64,000 nt of DNA from Rhodocyclaceae bacterium (lineage in GTDB: Bacteria > Pseudomonadota > Gammaproteobacteria > Burkholderiales > Rhodocyclaceae): positions 10,799 through 74,798 of the forward strand of contig VEQD01000003.1 of NCBI GenBank assembly GCA_018883385.1, read 5' to 3'. The translations under genes and the position numbers were made by a program. The notes under the pieces were generated by a model. The model was not told where the DNA came from, did not search any database, and saw only the letters and a program-made list of their open reading frames with translations. This document shows, piece after piece, positions 41,402 to 53,151 of this stretch; positions within the stretch are counted from its first letter, which is position 1, and every line of letters begins with the position of its first letter.

Positions 41402-42514
41402 CTATTCTGTGATCAGCTCAAGGACGCTTTCCGGGTCGGCGCCCGGCTTGCTGAGCGTCGGCATAAAGTCTTCGACCTGCCTGATGCCTTCGGCCATCAG
41501 TCTATCGATTAGCTGAGGATTGCGTGACAGCTTACTGGAATAGTCCAGTGCCGGTTGGAGCGCATCGGAAATGCGGATCAACCGGAAGGTGAGTTTGCCG
41601 AGCTTGCCGAGCCCTCGTTCTTCCAGATAGCCCTCTTTGAAGCCGCCCCCTTTGATAGCCCGATCAAAAATTGCAATTTTCTCAAGGTCATGTACCAGCG
41701 AGATATTGCTGGTCATCTGCGTGCGACGTTCCAGAATTTCACCCGGGGTCGTGGGTGTTTTGTCGTAGCGTAGCGGATCTATCAGAACAACCCAGATCTC
41801 GTCCGGAAACATGTTGTTGGTCATGTGGACCGGACGCAGTACCGGACTGATCGGCGGATTGGACGAGAACAGGCCGTCCCAGTAATAATCGTTGCCAATC
41901 TTGACTGCCGGAAAGACGCTGGGAATGGCGGCCGAGGCCAAAATAGTTTCAACGGTAATTGGATCGGCGAGCGAATTGAAAATTCTGATTTTGCCATTGA
42001 GAACATTGGAAGCGCCCATGAATAACGCCGGGCTATGCGCCTCGATGAGCTGCGGTAGTTCATCAAAGTTAATGTGTGATTCAAGTAACCCTTTGAAGTC
42101 CAGGTAATGCTCACGCGGTAACAGATACGACGCGGACTGCTGGAGTAATTGGCTCAATTGCGATGAGGGGCTGCTTTCTAGCTTTGGCAAATGGCCGGCA
42201 CCCGCTGCGCGAATCATGAAGGTGTTGATCTGATCGAGCCATTGTTCGAGGGGGCTGCTGGCTTTGAGCTCATCCCAGAATGCGGCGATGCGCTTTTGTA
42301 CCGGGGTTTTGTCCCCGGCAGCCTGTTTGAGCATGCCGTACCAGGCCAGTGCCGTATTGACGGCTCCCCCCGAGGTACCGGTCAGTGCCACGATGTCATG
42401 CGTTTGATCTATACCATTGGCAAATAAGCCCTGTAGAACACCGGCCGTAAATGCCGTCTGACTACCACCGCCCTGGCATGCAATGGCGATACGTCTTTTT
42501 CGGGGTTGGGTCAT
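41402..42514 (-). CDS. cytoplasmic patatin-like phospholipase family protein
   Basis: ACQGGGSQTAF, GTSGG, ASAAIP, YWDGLFSSNP. Confidence 0.9.
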   Translation of the reverse strand: MTQPRKRRIAIACQGGGSQTAFTAGVLQGLFANGIDQTHDIVALTGTSGGAVNTALAWYGMLKQAAGDKTPVQKRIAAFWDELKASSPLEQWLDQINTFMIRAAGAGHLPKLESSPSSQLSQLLQQSASYLLPREHYLDFKGLLESHINFDELPQLIEAHSPALFMGASNVLNGKIRIFNSLADPITVETILASAAIPSVFPAVKIGNDYYWDGLFSSNPPISPVLRPVHMTNNMFPDEIWVVLIDPLRYDKTPTTPGEILERRTQMTSNISLVHDLEKIAIFDRAIKGGGFKEGYLEERGLGKLGKLTFRLIRISDALQPALDYSSKLSRNPQLIDRLMAEGIRQVEDFMPTLSKPGADPESVLELITE

Positions 42515-42607
42515 CGAATGTTGGGTCTTGTCTAAATTGAAGAAATTGTTTGAATCAGCCTTTTAGCAATTATATGCGCCGAGAATTAGGGGGGTTTGGC
42601 GCAAAAC

Positions 42608-42635
42608 AAAAAGCCCCGAGATTTCTCCCGGGGCT
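42608..42635 (-). terminator. terminator after nrdJ
   Basis: AGCCCCG...CGGGGCT stem with A run (T run on minus strand). Confidence 0.6.
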
Positions 42636-42659
42636 CTCTGCTGGGCTTAGCGCTGAAGC

Positions 42660-45533
42660 TTAGCCGCAAGTACCTACAGCGCCGCAGGCGGTGCAGAAGT
42701 CACAACCATCCTTTCGGATCATCGTAGTATTGCCGCACTCGCTGCACAGCTTACCTTGCACGGGTTTGACGGCGCCTTCTTCGGTCGGGGCCTGCAGGAT
42801 CCCCATCTGTTTTACCGGGAAGCCGTTCTCATCCAGAATGCCCAGCATGTTGTAGCGGTGAAGGATGAGGTGGGCAAGGTAGGCAATGGTCGACGGGTAG
42901 GTCTGCTGTTTGCGCGAACCCGGTACGAAGGCCAACATATCGCCCAGCGGTTCCGGATAGTCGAGCAGCTTGCGTAGCTTCATGCCGATCCAGGCTGGGT
43001 CGATGACACGCATATCGGTGGACAGCAGCTTCGACAGACCGTCGAGGGCGCGCGGGTAGTTCCCCGACAGCCACATTGAGTACGGGCGGCTGACGCCATC
43101 CGGCAGGGTGATTTCCTTCAAGCCCAGAACGAAGTCTTCACCGGTGTTCGGGTTGAAGATATCGACAGTCCACGACAGCGTACCGTCGGTACCCGTTTTG
43201 GGTTCTTTCGGGCTCATCAGCGCATCAAACACCGGGGTGGGCAGATCCTGTTTGAACCAGCCCAGTTGCTCGACGCGGAAGCGAACCAGTTGTGCGAAGG
43301 CCGAGACTGACGACGACATCAGCTGACGCTCGCCATTGGGCGGGAAGGGCATTTCAAACGATTCGCCGGCCGATGGGGTGTTCGACAGCGAGTCTAGCTT
43401 CGTCTTCAGCCAGGCCGGATCGTTGGCGCGCATGTCCATCGACAGGGTCTTGGCTACGGCGCCCAGGCCGCGCGGTTGATCCGGGCCATTGACCCAGACT
43501 TCGAACGGCCAGGACTTGGCCTCCTGCTCGACGTGACCAACGAAGAGTGCAAACTTGCCGAACGGTGCGTCGATCATGTAGGTCCACGCCAGATTGCCTT
43601 CGGGAAGGTTCGGACGATTTGGCCAGCGCAGCGACGAGAGCACTGGTGCCGGCAGGTCCTTGATGTGCAGGCGGCGGTTGGCATCGCTGGTCACAAAGTC
43701 TTGCGGCTGCTTCTTCTCTTCTTCCTGTTTTGGCGTGTCGACTGACAGCACCGAGCCCAACACGCTGTTCGGGCGATAGGTGGCCAGACCCTTCAGACCG
43801 GCCTTCCAGGCTTGCATGTACAGATCTTGGAATTCTTCATAGGGGTAGTCGGCCGGGACGTTCACGGTCTTCGAGATCGACGTATCGATGTACGGGGCAA
43901 CGGCAGCGACCATGTCCTTGTGGGCTTTGGCCGATAGCTCCAGCGCGGTCACGAAGTAATCGGGCAGGTTATTCACGTCACCGCCCAGGTGGCGGTACAG
44001 GCGCCATGCATGGTCTTCAACGGCGTATTCTTTGATGGTGCCATCGGCCATACGCTTCTTGCGGGTGTAGGTCCACGAGAAGGCCGGCTCGATACCGTTC
44101 GAGGCGTTGTCAGCGAAGGCCAGCGAGATTGTGCCGGTCGGGGCGATCGACAGCAGGTGTGAGTTGCGCAGGCCGTGCTTGCGAATCTCGGCCTTGATCT
44201 CGTTCGGCAGACGTGAGGCAAAGTTGCCGCCGGACAAATAGAGCTCGGCGTTGAACAGCGGGAAAGCGCCGCGTTCCTTGGCCAGATCGACTGAAGTCAT
44301 GTAAGCGGTGTCACGCATGTACTCCGAGATCTTTGAGGCCATGGCCAGCGCTTCCTGCGAGTCGTAGCGCAGTTTCAGCATGTACAGCGCATCACCCAGA
44401 CCGGTAAAGCCCAGACCCACACGGCGCTTGTTCATGGCTTCCTGATGCTGGTTCTGTAGCGGCCAGTGGGTGGCGTCGAGCACGTTGTCCAGCATGCGGG
44501 TCGAGACCTTGACCACCTCGCCGAAGGCGGCGAAATCGAAAGCAGCCTTTTCTCCGAATGGGTCGCTGACAAAATGCGTCAGATCGATGGAGCCCAGGCA
44601 GCAGCAACCATAAGGTGGCAGCGGTTGTTCGGCGCACGGGTTGGTGGCTTCGATCAGTTCGCAGTAGTTGAGGTTGTTGTCCTTGTTCATGCGATCCAGG
44701 AACAGGATGCCCGGCTCGGCGTGATCGTAGGTCGACTGCATGACCTGATCCCACAGATCGCGAGCGCGCACCTTGCGGTAGACCCACAGACCGTCTTCGC
44801 GCTGGTAGGCGCCTTCGGCCAGAATGTCTTCGTTCGGTTGCGCCACGTGCACGAGCTCAACGGTCTCGTCGGCTTCGACGGCCTTCATGAACGGATCGGT
44901 CACACCGATCGAGATGTTGAAGTTGGTCAGGTCACCCTTGTCTTTGGCGTGGATGAATAGCTCGATATCCGGATGGTCGCAACGCATTACCCCCATCTGG
45001 GCGCCCCGACGGGCGCCGGCCGATTCCACCGTTTCGCACGAGCGATCAAACACGCGCATGTACGACACCGGACCCGAGGCGCGTGATTGCGTGCCTTTGA
45101 CCCGAGCGCCTTGTGGGCGGATCGACGAGAAGTCATAACCAACGCCACCACCACGACGCATGGTTTCAGCGGCTTCGGCTAGGGCGGTGTAGATGCCGGG
45201 ACGGCCGTTAACGGTTTCAACCACCGAGTCACCGACCGGCTGCACGAAGCAGTTAATCAGTGTGGCTTGCAGATCGGTACCGGCGGCCGAGTTGATACGA
45301 CCAGCGGGCACGAAGCCGTTTTCTTGTGCCCACAGGAATTTGCTTTCCCACTTGGCACGGTGCTTTTCATCTTCAACCTTGGCCAGGGCGCGTGCGACGC
45401 GGGCACGCACTTCGGCGATCGATTGTTCGTTACCTTTAGCGTATTTCTCGACCAGCACCTCGGCACAGATTTCCTGCGCGGGCAGGGTAGCGCGAGCGCT
45501 GGCGGCTGTTTTTGTCGTTGTCTCAGTTGTCAT
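42660..45533 (-). CDS. nrdJ: adenosylcobalamin-dependent (class II) ribonucleotide reductase
   Basis: [42 protein letters not shown]-terminal Cys ribbon; no beta-subunit gene adjacent. Confidence 0.95.
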   Translation of the reverse strand: MTTETTTKTAASARATLPAQEICAEVLVEKYAKGNEQSIAEVRARVARALAKVEDEKHRAKWESKFLWAQENGFVPAGRINSAAGTDLQATLINCFVQPVGDSVVETVNGRPGIYTALAEAAETMRRGGGVGYDFSSIRPQGARVKGTQSRASGPVSYMRVFDRSCETVESAGARRGAQMGVMRCDHPDIELFIHAKDKGDLTNFNISIGVTDPFMKAVEADETVELVHVAQPNEDILAEGAYQREDGLWVYRKVRARDLWDQVMQSTYDHAEPGILFLDRMNKDNNLNYCELIEATNPCAEQPLPPYGCCCLGSIDLTHFVSDPFGEKAAFDFAAFGEVVKVSTRMLDNVLDATHWPLQNQHQEAMNKRRVGLGFTGLGDALYMLKLRYDSQEALAMASKISEYMRDTAYMTSVDLAKERGAFPLFNAELYLSGGNFASRLPNEIKAEIRKHGLRNSHLLSIAPTGTISLAFADNASNGIEPAFSWTYTRKKRMADGTIKEYAVEDHAWRLYRHLGGDVNNLPDYFVTALELSAKAHKDMVAAVAPYIDTSISKTVNVPADYPYEEFQDLYMQAWKAGLKGLATYRPNSVLGSVLSVDTPKQEEEKKQPQDFVTSDANRRLHIKDLPAPVLSSLRWPNRPNLPEGNLAWTYMIDAPFGKFALFVGHVEQEAKSWPFEVWVNGPDQPRGLGAVAKTLSMDMRANDPAWLKTKLDSLSNTPSAGESFEMPFPPNGERQLMSSSVSAFAQLVRFRVEQLGWFKQDLPTPVFDALMSPKEPKTGTDGTLSWTVDIFNPNTGEDFVLGLKEITLPDGVSRPYSMWLSGNYPRALDGLSKLLSTDMRVIDPAWIGMKLRKLLDYPEPLGDMLAFVPGSRKQQTYPSTIAYLAHLILHRYNMLGILDENGFPVKQMGILQAPTEEGAVKPVQGKLCSECGNTTMIRKDGCDFCTACGAVGTCG

Positions 45534-45594
45534 TGTTGTGTCCTTGAATGGGGTCGTTTATCGTCCAAGAAGAAATAAACCTGTTGTCAGAAAT

Positions 45595-45641
45595 TTACTA
45601 CATCTAGTGTTGCGATTCAAACTTTTCTCTATATATAGTGT
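45595..45641. promoter_or_regulatory. tandem NrdR boxes upstream of nrdJ
   Basis: TTACTACATCTAGTGT (45595-45610) and TCTCTATATATAGTGT (45626-45641) match acaCwAtATaTwGtgt; 31-bp offset. Confidence 0.85.
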
Positions 45642-45942
45642 GTTCTACCAAATCCAGACCCTATAAGCTTTCGCTGGGGTGAACCCGCCGGATGCCCTGA
45701 TTTTTAAGGTAAAAATATTTTAAGGAAGGTTGACCCAGCGTATTGACTGGCTTTCAAAATTGGTCGGGCGTGCCAGGCGCACCGTTAATATGTTTGTTGC
45801 ATGGCAACAGTCGGAACTGCCTACAGGGGCAGGGACTGCGTAAACAGCGTGCTAAAATTTGTGCACTTTTCAGCCTCTTGTCATGAAAACGGGCATGAAA
45901 CGACATCAAAAAATCAAACCTCTTCGAGCCTAGACCCACGCC

Positions 45943-47049
45943 ATGTCCGGAAATACGATCGGTACCTTATTTACAGTGACGTCGTTCGGCGAATCGCACG
46001 GGCCGGCCATCGGCTGCGTCGTGGATGGTTGTCCGCCAGGGTTGGCGTTGGCTGAAGTAGATATTCAGGCTGAACTAGATCGCCGCAAGCCCGGTACCTC
46101 GCGCCATGTTACGCAACGGCGCGAACCGGATGCCGTAGAAATTCTGTCCGGGGTCTTTGAAGGCAAGACCACGGGCGCGCCTTTGGCATTGCTCATTCGC
46201 AACCAGGACCAGCGCAGCAAGGACTACGGCAACATCGCCGAACAGTTCCGTCCGGGGCATGCCGATTACACCTACTGGCAGAAGTACGGGATTCGCGATT
46301 ACCGTGGGGGTGGCCGATCGTCAGCGCGAGAAACGGCCGTTCGCGTTGCCGCGGGCGCCATTGCCCGCAAATGGTTGCAGGAACGTTACGGGATTCAAAT
46401 CCGTGGCTGGATGGATCAGCTTGGCCCTATCGCTATTCCTTTCATGTCGGCAAACGACATCGATCAGAATCCATTCTTCGCCCCAAACAATGGCATCGTG
46501 CCCGAACTCGAAGCCTTTATGGATGCGCTGCGTAAAGACGGCGACTCGGTAGGCGGTGGTATTACCGTCATCGCCACCGGCGTACCGCCGGGCTGGGGCG
46601 AGCCAGTCTATGACCGCTTTGATGCCGATCTGGCACATGCACTGATGGGGATCAACGCCGTGAAGGGCGTCGAGATTGGTGCCGGCTTCGCTGCGATTGC
46701 CCAACGCGGGACCGAACATGGTGACGAAATGACGCCACAGGGCTTTTTGAGCAATAACGCCGGCGGTGTTCTGGGTGGCATTACCACGGGACAGGATGTC
46801 GTTGCCCGCATCGCCATCAAGCCGACATCAAGTATTCGTACACCGCGCCGGAGTATCAACGTGCGCAACGAAGAAGTCATGGTCGAAACCTTTGGCCGGC
46901 ATGATCCGTGTGTGGCGATTCGTGCGACGCCGATTGCCGAAGCGATGCTGGCGATCGTGCTGATGGACCATGCGCTGCGTCATCGCGCGCAGTGCGGCGA
47001 TGTCGATTCCGGGCTGCCGAATGTGCCGGCCAGCGCGCCCCGCGCCTGA
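45943..47049 (+). CDS. aroC: chorismate synthase
   Basis: [32 protein letters not shown]. Confidence 0.98.
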   Translation: MSGNTIGTLFTVTSFGESHGPAIGCVVDGCPPGLALAEVDIQAELDRRKPGTSRHVTQRREPDAVEILSGVFEGKTTGAPLALLIRNQDQRSKDYGNIAEQFRPGHADYTYWQKYGIRDYRGGGRSSARETAVRVAAGAIARKWLQERYGIQIRGWMDQLGPIAIPFMSANDIDQNPFFAPNNGIVPELEAFMDALRKDGDSVGGGITVIATGVPPGWGEPVYDRFDADLAHALMGINAVKGVEIGAGFAAIAQRGTEHGDEMTPQGFLSNNAGGVLGGITTGQDVVARIAIKPTSSIRTPRRSINVRNEEVMVETFGRHDPCVAIRATPIAEAMLAIVLMDHALRHRAQCGDVDSGLPNVPASAPRA

Positions 47050-47076
47050 TCGACGCAACACCCGCTGGGTTTTTCC

Positions 47077-48279
47077 ATGACTATCCGACCGCTTCCTTAC
47101 TGGCGGTTGTCGTTCTATTACTTTTTCTATTTCGCCTTCATCGGCATCTTTTCGCCGTACTTCACGCTTTACCTGCAATCATTAGCCATGAGCGCGGCGG
47201 ATATCGCGCTGTTGATGTCGCAGATGCAACTCATGCGACTGGTGGCGCCGACGTTCTGGGGTTGGCTGGCCGACAAGCGTGGAAGACAGGTCGATATCAT
47301 CCGTCTTTCCGGACTGTGTGCCTGTGTTGGTTTTACCGGTTTCTTTCTGACCGATCACTTCGTCCAGCTATTTATTCCGATGACGTTGATGGCGTTTTTC
47401 TGGAGCGCCGCACTTCCGCTTGTTGAAAGCCTGACCTTTTCTCATCTCGCCCATGAGCCACACCGATACAGCCGTATTCGCGTCTGGGGTTCGGTCGGCT
47501 TCATCGTAGCGGTATTACTTGGTGGCACATTGTTGGATCATCTCCCCATTGGCGATGTTCCTGCGATGGTTTTTGTGGTGTTGCTCGGTATTCTGGTGAC
47601 GTCGTTTGTTTTGCCGGAAGGGCGTCGTATCGCCAAGACCACGGCGGCACCAACCGGCGAAGATGCGCCGTTGGCAAGCTTGCGTTCGGTGGTGGCCGAC
47701 AGACCGGTCTGGATGTTGCTCGTTGCCTGCTTTCTGATGTCGTCGGCACACGGTGTCTACTACGTGTTTTATTCGATTCACCTTGATGATCTGGGCTATA
47801 GCAAGGGCATGATTGGGCTGCTCTGGTCGCTGGGGGTGCTCGTCGAGATCGGACTGTTTATGGTGATGGCGCCGCTGATGAAGCGCTACAGCCTTCGGGT
47901 ACTGCTATTGACGACTTATGCGGTGGCGGTTCTGCGTTTCCTCATGATCGGCTGGTGTGCGGAATCGCTCATACTCTTGCTGATCGCGCAGACCATGCAT
48001 GGGCTAACTTTCGGCGTGCATCATGCCGCTGCGATTGCTGCCGTCAATCAATGGTTTCCGCAGCACATCCATGCCAGGGGTCAGGCGTTGTACTCCAGCA
48101 TCTCGTTCGGTGGTGGCGGTTTGTTTGGCGGTATTGTGAGCGGCATGATCTGGGATTTTCTGGGCGCTGGCTGGGCGTTTACACTGGGCGCCGTGTTTTC
48201 GCTGGCTGGCTGGTTTTGTATTGCCCGGGGGATGCCCGCGTCGGGGTTATCCCGGCCCGCTAAATCGCCCGCCGGATAG
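47077..48279 (+). CDS. MFS transporter (HcaT/NHS-like)
   Basis: YFFYF, WGWLADKRG, YSRIRVWGSVGF, RGQALYSS. Confidence 0.9.
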   Translation: MTIRPLPYWRLSFYYFFYFAFIGIFSPYFTLYLQSLAMSAADIALLMSQMQLMRLVAPTFWGWLADKRGRQVDIIRLSGLCACVGFTGFFLTDHFVQLFIPMTLMAFFWSAALPLVESLTFSHLAHEPHRYSRIRVWGSVGFIVAVLLGGTLLDHLPIGDVPAMVFVVLLGILVTSFVLPEGRRIAKTTAAPTGEDAPLASLRSVVADRPVWMLLVACFLMSSAHGVYYVFYSIHLDDLGYSKGMIGLLWSLGVLVEIGLFMVMAPLMKRYSLRVLLLTTYAVAVLRFLMIGWCAESLILLLIAQTMHGLTFGVHHAAAIAAVNQWFPQHIHARGQALYSSISFGGGGLFGGIVSGMIWDFLGAGWAFTLGAVFSLAGWFCIARGMPASGLSRPAKSPAG

Positions 48280-48399
48280 AAGACTTGCCGACACCTGGAG
48301 CCCAAAAAGACAAGGGCTTGTGCGATAATTCCGCGCTTGATGACCGGTGCAGCATCTGAGGGTAAGTCCTGTTACTGGTACATTTTTTTGGAATTAGCC

Positions 48400-49821
48400 A
48401 TGGCAAAAACGCTCTACGACAAATTGTGGGAAAACCATGTCGTCCGTCAGGAAGAAGACGGCACGGCGCTGATTTATATTGACCGCCATCTGGTGCACGA
48501 AGTCACTAGCCCGCAGGCCTTCGAAGGCCTGAAAATGGCCGGCCGCAAAGCTTGGCGTATCGACTCGGTGGTTGCCACGGCCGATCACAACACGCCGACC
48601 GATGGTTGGGAGAAAGCCGAGGGCACGGCCTGCATCGACGATGAAATTTCGCGTCTGCAGGTGGATACGCTGGACGCCAATATCCGTGCGAACGGTGCGT
48701 TAGCCTACTTTCCCTTCAAGGATCTGCGTCAGGGCATCGTGCACGTGGTCGGGCCGGAGCAGGGTGCAACACTTCCCGGCATGACCGTCGTCTGCGGTGA
48801 CTCCCATACGTCGACTCATGGCGCCTTTGCGGCGCTGGCCTTCGGTATCGGCACTTCCGAAGTCGAGCACGTGCTGGCCACGCAGACGCTCGTCTCCAAA
48901 AAATCCAAATCGATGCTGATTCGCGTCGAAGGATCTCTGGGTAAAGGTGTGGGCGCCAAAGACATCGTGCTCGCCATCATCGGCAAGATCGGCACGGCTG
49001 GCGGGACGGGCTATGCCATTGAATTCGCTGGCAGCGCCATCCGTGGTCTGTCGATGGAAGGTCGCATGACCATTTGCAATATGGCGATCGAAGCCGGTGC
49101 CCGTGCCGGTATGGTCGCGGCCGACGATACGACCATCGACTATGTTCAAGGCCGTACATTTGCGCCGAAGGGCAGCGACTGGGACAAGGCGGTCGCCTAC
49201 TGGCGCACGCTGCATACCGACGAAGGCGCGAGATTCGACAAGGTGGTTGAGCTTGATGCGCGCACGATTCAGCCACAGGTGACCTGGGGTACTTCGCCAG
49301 AAATGGTGATCGGCATCAACGATCAGATTCCCGATCCGGCCAAGGAGCAGGATCCTGTCAAGCGCGAGGGCATGGAGCGCGCCTTGGCTTATATGGGTCT
49401 GAATCCCAATACACCGATCGCCGGCGTGCCGATCGATAAGATCTTTATTGGTTCGTGTACCAACTCACGCATTGAAGACTTGCGTCAGGCAGCGGCGATT
49501 GTGCGCGGCCGTTCGGTTGCCGCCAACGTGATGCTGGCACTGGTGGTGCCGGGCTCGGGTCTCGTCAAGCGCCAGGCCGAAGAAGAAGGGCTGGACAAGA
49601 TTTTCAAAGCCGCCGGTTTCGAGTGGCGCGAACCGGGTTGCTCGATGTGTCTGGGCATGAATGCTGACCGTCTGTCGCCAGGGGAACGTTGCGCCTCGAC
49701 CTCGAACCGTAACTTTGAGGGCCGCCAGGGCCCGATGGGTCGTACCCACCTGGTAAGCCCGATTATGGCTGCTGCGGCTGCGATTGCCGGCCGCTTTGTT
49801 GATGTGCGGGAGGTGCTGTAA
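48400..49821 (+). CDS. leuC: 3-isopropylmalate dehydratase large subunit
   Basis: [39 protein letters not shown]; start ATG 48400. Confidence 0.98.
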   Translation: MAKTLYDKLWENHVVRQEEDGTALIYIDRHLVHEVTSPQAFEGLKMAGRKAWRIDSVVATADHNTPTDGWEKAEGTACIDDEISRLQVDTLDANIRANGALAYFPFKDLRQGIVHVVGPEQGATLPGMTVVCGDSHTSTHGAFAALAFGIGTSEVEHVLATQTLVSKKSKSMLIRVEGSLGKGVGAKDIVLAIIGKIGTAGGTGYAIEFAGSAIRGLSMEGRMTICNMAIEAGARAGMVAADDTTIDYVQGRTFAPKGSDWDKAVAYWRTLHTDEGARFDKVVELDARTIQPQVTWGTSPEMVIGINDQIPDPAKEQDPVKREGMERALAYMGLNPNTPIAGVPIDKIFIGSCTNSRIEDLRQAAAIVRGRSVAANVMLALVVPGSGLVKRQAEEEGLDKIFKAAGFEWREPGCSMCLGMNADRLSPGERCASTSNRNFEGRQGPMGRTHLVSPIMAAAAAIAGRFVDVREVL

Positions 49822-50462
49822 TGGATAAGTTTGTTGTGCTCGATGGTCTCGTTGCACCACTGGATCGCGCCAACGTCGATACCGATGCCATCATCCCCAA
49901 GCAGTTTCTCAAGTCGATTAACCGTTCGGGTTTTGGTCCTTTCGCCTTTGATGAGTGGCGTTACATGGACGTCGGTCAGCCGGGGCAGGATTGCACCAAC
50001 CGTCCGCTGAACTCGCAGTTTTCGCTGAATCAGCCACAGTTCAAAGGTGCTTCCGTCCTGCTGACACGTCAGAACTTCGGTTGCGGTAGCTCGCGCGAAC
50101 ATGCGCCGTGGGCGCTGCTCGATTATGGTTTCCGCGCCATCATTGCCGAATCGTTTGCCGACATCTTCTTCAATAACTGTTTCAAGAACGGCATTCTGCC
50201 GATCGTATTGCCGACGCCGGTGGTGGATCGCCTGTTTGCTGAAACACTGGCCACGCCGGGTTATCGTCTGGTGGTGGATCTGCCGAACCAGGTCGTGCGT
50301 ACACCCACGGGTGATGCTATTCCGTTTGAGGTGGATGCTTTCCGCAAGGAATGCCTGATCAACGGTTGGGATGATATTGGTCTGACACTGCGTCACGCCG
50401 ATGCCATCCATGTCTACGAAGACCGTCGTCGCCACGAACAACCCTGGCTTTTTGCCAAATAA
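49821..50462 (+). CDS. leuD: 3-isopropylmalate dehydratase small subunit
   Basis: [24 protein letters not shown]. Confidence 0.98.
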   Translation: MDKFVVLDGLVAPLDRANVDTDAIIPKQFLKSINRSGFGPFAFDEWRYMDVGQPGQDCTNRPLNSQFSLNQPQFKGASVLLTRQNFGCGSSREHAPWALLDYGFRAIIAESFADIFFNNCFKNGILPIVLPTPVVDRLFAETLATPGYRLVVDLPNQVVRTPTGDAIPFEVDAFRKECLINGWDDIGLTLRHADAIHVYEDRRRHEQPWLFAK

Positions 50463-50478
50463 ATCTTTGGAGTCGCTG

Positions 50479-51558
50479 ATGTCCCGCAAGATTCTCGTAT
50501 TGCCAGGTGACGGCATTGGTCCCGAAATCACCGCCGAAGCCGTGCGCGTGCTCAAAGCACTCAACAAGGGTGGTCTGGGTCTGGAAATTACCAGCGGTCT
50601 GCTGGGCGGCTGTGCTGTCGACGCAACGGGCGAACCCTATCCGGCCGAGACGCGCGCCAAGGCCGAAGCAGCCGATGCCGTGCTGCTGGGTGCCGTGGGT
50701 GGCCCAAAATGGGACACGCTACCGCGCGAACAGCGCCCGGAGCGCGGTCTGCTCGGTATCCGCAAGCATCTGAATCTGTTCGCTAACCTGCGTCCGGCCA
50801 TTCTGTATCCGGAACTCGCCAATGCCTCATCGTTGAAGCCGGAAGTGGTGTCGGGTCTGGATATCCTGATCGTGCGCGAACTGACCGGGGATATCTACTT
50901 CGGTCAGCCGCGTGGCGTTGAGGAGCGCGATACCGAGTGGGGTCGTCAGAAGGTCGGCTTTAACACCATGATCTACGCAGAAAGCGAAATCCGGCGTATT
51001 GCCCACGTGGCTTTCCAGGCGGCGCAGAAGCGCGGTAAGAAGCTGTGTTCGGTCGACAAGATGAACGTGCTGGAATGTACGCAGTTTTGGCGCGATATTT
51101 TCGAAGACGTGGCCAAGGATTATCCGGACGTCCAGCTCTCGCATATGCTGGTCGATAACGCCGCGATGCAGCTGGTCCGCGCGCCCAAGCAGTTTGATGT
51201 CATGGTCACCGGCAACATGTTCGGCGATATCCTGTCCGACGAAGCCTCCATGCTGACCGGTTCGATCGGTATGCTGCCCTCGGCCTCCCTCGACGAGAAC
51301 AACAAGGGACTGTACGAACCCTCGCACGGTTCGGCCCCGGATATCGCCGGCAAGGGCGTCGCTAACCCGTTGGCGACGATCCTGTCCGCCGCCATGCTCC
51401 TGCGCTACACTTTCGGTCTGGAAGCCGAAGCCGTGCGTATCGAAAATGCCGTGCGCACGGTGCTGGCTCAGGGTTATCGTACGGCTGATATCTTTGAAGA
51501 GGGTACCCGTAAGGTGGGCACCCGCGAGATGGGTGATGCCGTACTGGCCGCGCTGTAA
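50479..51558 (+). CDS. leuB: 3-isopropylmalate dehydrogenase
   Basis: [27 protein letters not shown]; start ATG 50479. Confidence 0.98.
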   Translation: MSRKILVLPGDGIGPEITAEAVRVLKALNKGGLGLEITSGLLGGCAVDATGEPYPAETRAKAEAADAVLLGAVGGPKWDTLPREQRPERGLLGIRKHLNLFANLRPAILYPELANASSLKPEVVSGLDILIVRELTGDIYFGQPRGVEERDTEWGRQKVGFNTMIYAESEIRRIAHVAFQAAQKRGKKLCSVDKMNVLECTQFWRDIFEDVAKDYPDVQLSHMLVDNAAMQLVRAPKQFDVMVTGNMFGDILSDEASMLTGSIGMLPSASLDENNKGLYEPSHGSAPDIAGKGVANPLATILSAAMLLRYTFGLEAEAVRIENAVRTVLAQGYRTADIFEEGTRKVGTREMGDAVLAAL

Positions 51559-51597
51559 TTAACAACACTACATAGAGTTCACTCGGAGATAAGAGTC

Positions 51598-52737
51598 ATG
51601 GCAAAGCCTGTCGTTGGTCTGGTCGGTTGGCGCGGTATGGTGGGTTCGGTCCTCATGCAACGCATGCAGGAAGAAAAAGACTTCGCCCATATCGAGCCGG
51701 TGTATTTCTCCACCTCCAATGCCGGTGGTGATGCGCCGGCCTTCGGTGGTGTGAATTCAGGCGAAAAGCTGCAAGACGCCAGCAATATTGACGCGTTGAA
51801 GAAGATGGACATCATCCTGACCTGTCAGGGCGGCGATTACACCAAAGCGGTGTATCCAAAGCTGCGTGCTGCCGGCTGGAACGGCCACTGGATCGACGCA
51901 GCTTCGGCGCTGCGTATGGCCGATGATGCGGTGATCGTGCTCGACCCGGTCAACCGGGCAGTGATTGACTCGGCCTTGGCCAAGGGTGGCAAGAACTGGA
52001 TCGGTGGCAACTGTACGGTGTCGCTGATGCTGATGGGCCTGGGTGGTCTATTCGAGCATAAGCTAGTTGACTGGATTTCGTCGATGACTTACCAGGCGGC
52101 TTCGGGTGCTGGTGCACAGAACATGCGTGAACTGATCGCGCAGATGGGGTCGATTCACGCATCGGTTGCTGATCTGTTGGCCGATCCGAAGTCGGCGATT
52201 CTGGAAATTGACCGCAAGGTGGCCGAAACCATCCGCTCGGATGCCTTCCCGAAAAAGAACTTCCGTAATACACCGCTGGCCGGTTCGTTGATTCCCTGGA
52301 TCGACGTTCCTGTCGAGCATGGTCAATCAAAAGAAGAGTGGAAAGGCGGTGCCGAGTGCAACAAGATCCTCGGCAACCCACCATTCCGCTCGACCGGGTC
52401 GATCCCCATCGATGGTCTCTGTGTTCGTATTGGCGCGATGCGCTGTCACTCACAGGCGCTGACCATCAAGCTCAAGAAGGACGTGCCGCTGGACGAAGTG
52501 AGCGATATCATCGCCAAGGCCAATAATTGGGTAAAGGTCGTGCCGAACGATCGCGAGATCAGCGAGCGCGAACTGACGCCCGCCGCCGTGACTGGAACGC
52601 TCACAATTCCGGTCGGTCGTCTGCACAAGATGGCGATGGGCAATGATTACCTCGCGGCATTTACCTGTGGTGATCAGCTCCTCTGGGGTGCGGCAGAGCC
52701 ACTGCGTCGTATGCTGCGAATTCTGGTCACCGGTTAA
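51598..52737 (+). CDS. asd: aspartate-semialdehyde dehydrogenase
   Basis: [33 protein letters not shown]. Confidence 0.98.
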   Translation: MAKPVVGLVGWRGMVGSVLMQRMQEEKDFAHIEPVYFSTSNAGGDAPAFGGVNSGEKLQDASNIDALKKMDIILTCQGGDYTKAVYPKLRAAGWNGHWIDAASALRMADDAVIVLDPVNRAVIDSALAKGGKNWIGGNCTVSLMLMGLGGLFEHKLVDWISSMTYQAASGAGAQNMRELIAQMGSIHASVADLLADPKSAILEIDRKVAETIRSDAFPKKNFRNTPLAGSLIPWIDVPVEHGQSKEEWKGGAECNKILGNPPFRSTGSIPIDGLCVRIGAMRCHSQALTIKLKKDVPLDEVSDIIAKANNWVKVVPNDREISERELTPAAVTGTLTIPVGRLHKMAMGNDYLAAFTCGDQLLWGAAEPLRRMLRILVTG

Positions 52738-52858
52738 TGGTTTGCTACGCGGGCAGATTGCTTCGTTGTGCCGTACTCGCTTCCTCGCCTACCTAATAGG
52801 TATGTCTCGGTCGCTCCGTGCGGTACGCCTCGCACTCTATCCCGCTCGCTAAACCATT
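52736..52858. repeat. 123-bp imperfect palindrome (MITE/ERIC-like)
   Basis: terminal IR AATGGTTT/AAACCATT, nested complementary blocks, central TACCT-AAT-AGGTA. Confidence 0.6.
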
Positions 52859-52874
52859 TTCGTAGTTGCCTCAC

Positions 52875-52904
52875 GCGCCTCGCTACTGCGAGGCGCTGTC
52901 TTTT
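52875..52904 (+). terminator. terminator after asd
   Basis: GCGCCTCGC-TACT-GCGAGGCGC then TGTCTTTT. Confidence 0.65.
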
Positions 52905-52921
52905 GGATTGATTGAATCACT

Positions 52922-53149
52922 ATGAACGTACCTGACTGGCCCTGGATGGTCGGTAGCCTGTTCCTCCTGCTGATCGGCATTTTTCTCGGCGTCAACATCG
53001 CGCGGGTTGGTGAACGGGCGCGTCATGGCGGGCACGAGTCGCCGCCGGCGGACGAGCGGCCGCGTATCACGCCCAAGCCCAAGGTTGACTGGGGTGCGAT
53101 TAACCTCGACCTGTCGTCAGACGTAAACAAAGACCGTAAGTCGCACTAG
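52922..53149 (+). CDS. small single-TM protein at the fimV position (possible FimV remnant)
   Basis: 75 aa; one TM helix; VDWGAINLDL resembles FimV acidic LDL motifs; synteny asd-[fimV]-truA. Confidence 0.5.
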   Translation: MNVPDWPWMVGSLFLLLIGIFLGVNIARVGERARHGGHESPPADERPRITPKPKVDWGAINLDLSSDVNKDRKSH

Positions 53150-53151
53150 CA

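Noticed and set aside
42660-45533. Intein or intron in nrdJ suggested by its length
   Set aside because: No C...HN splice junction or homing-endonuclease motif seen; the extra length is the duplicated C-terminal domain
45534-45942. Possible cobalamin riboswitch upstream of B12-dependent nrdJ
   Set aside because: No B12-box or AGGGAA/GCCCCCGC core on either strand; NrdR boxes account for the regulation
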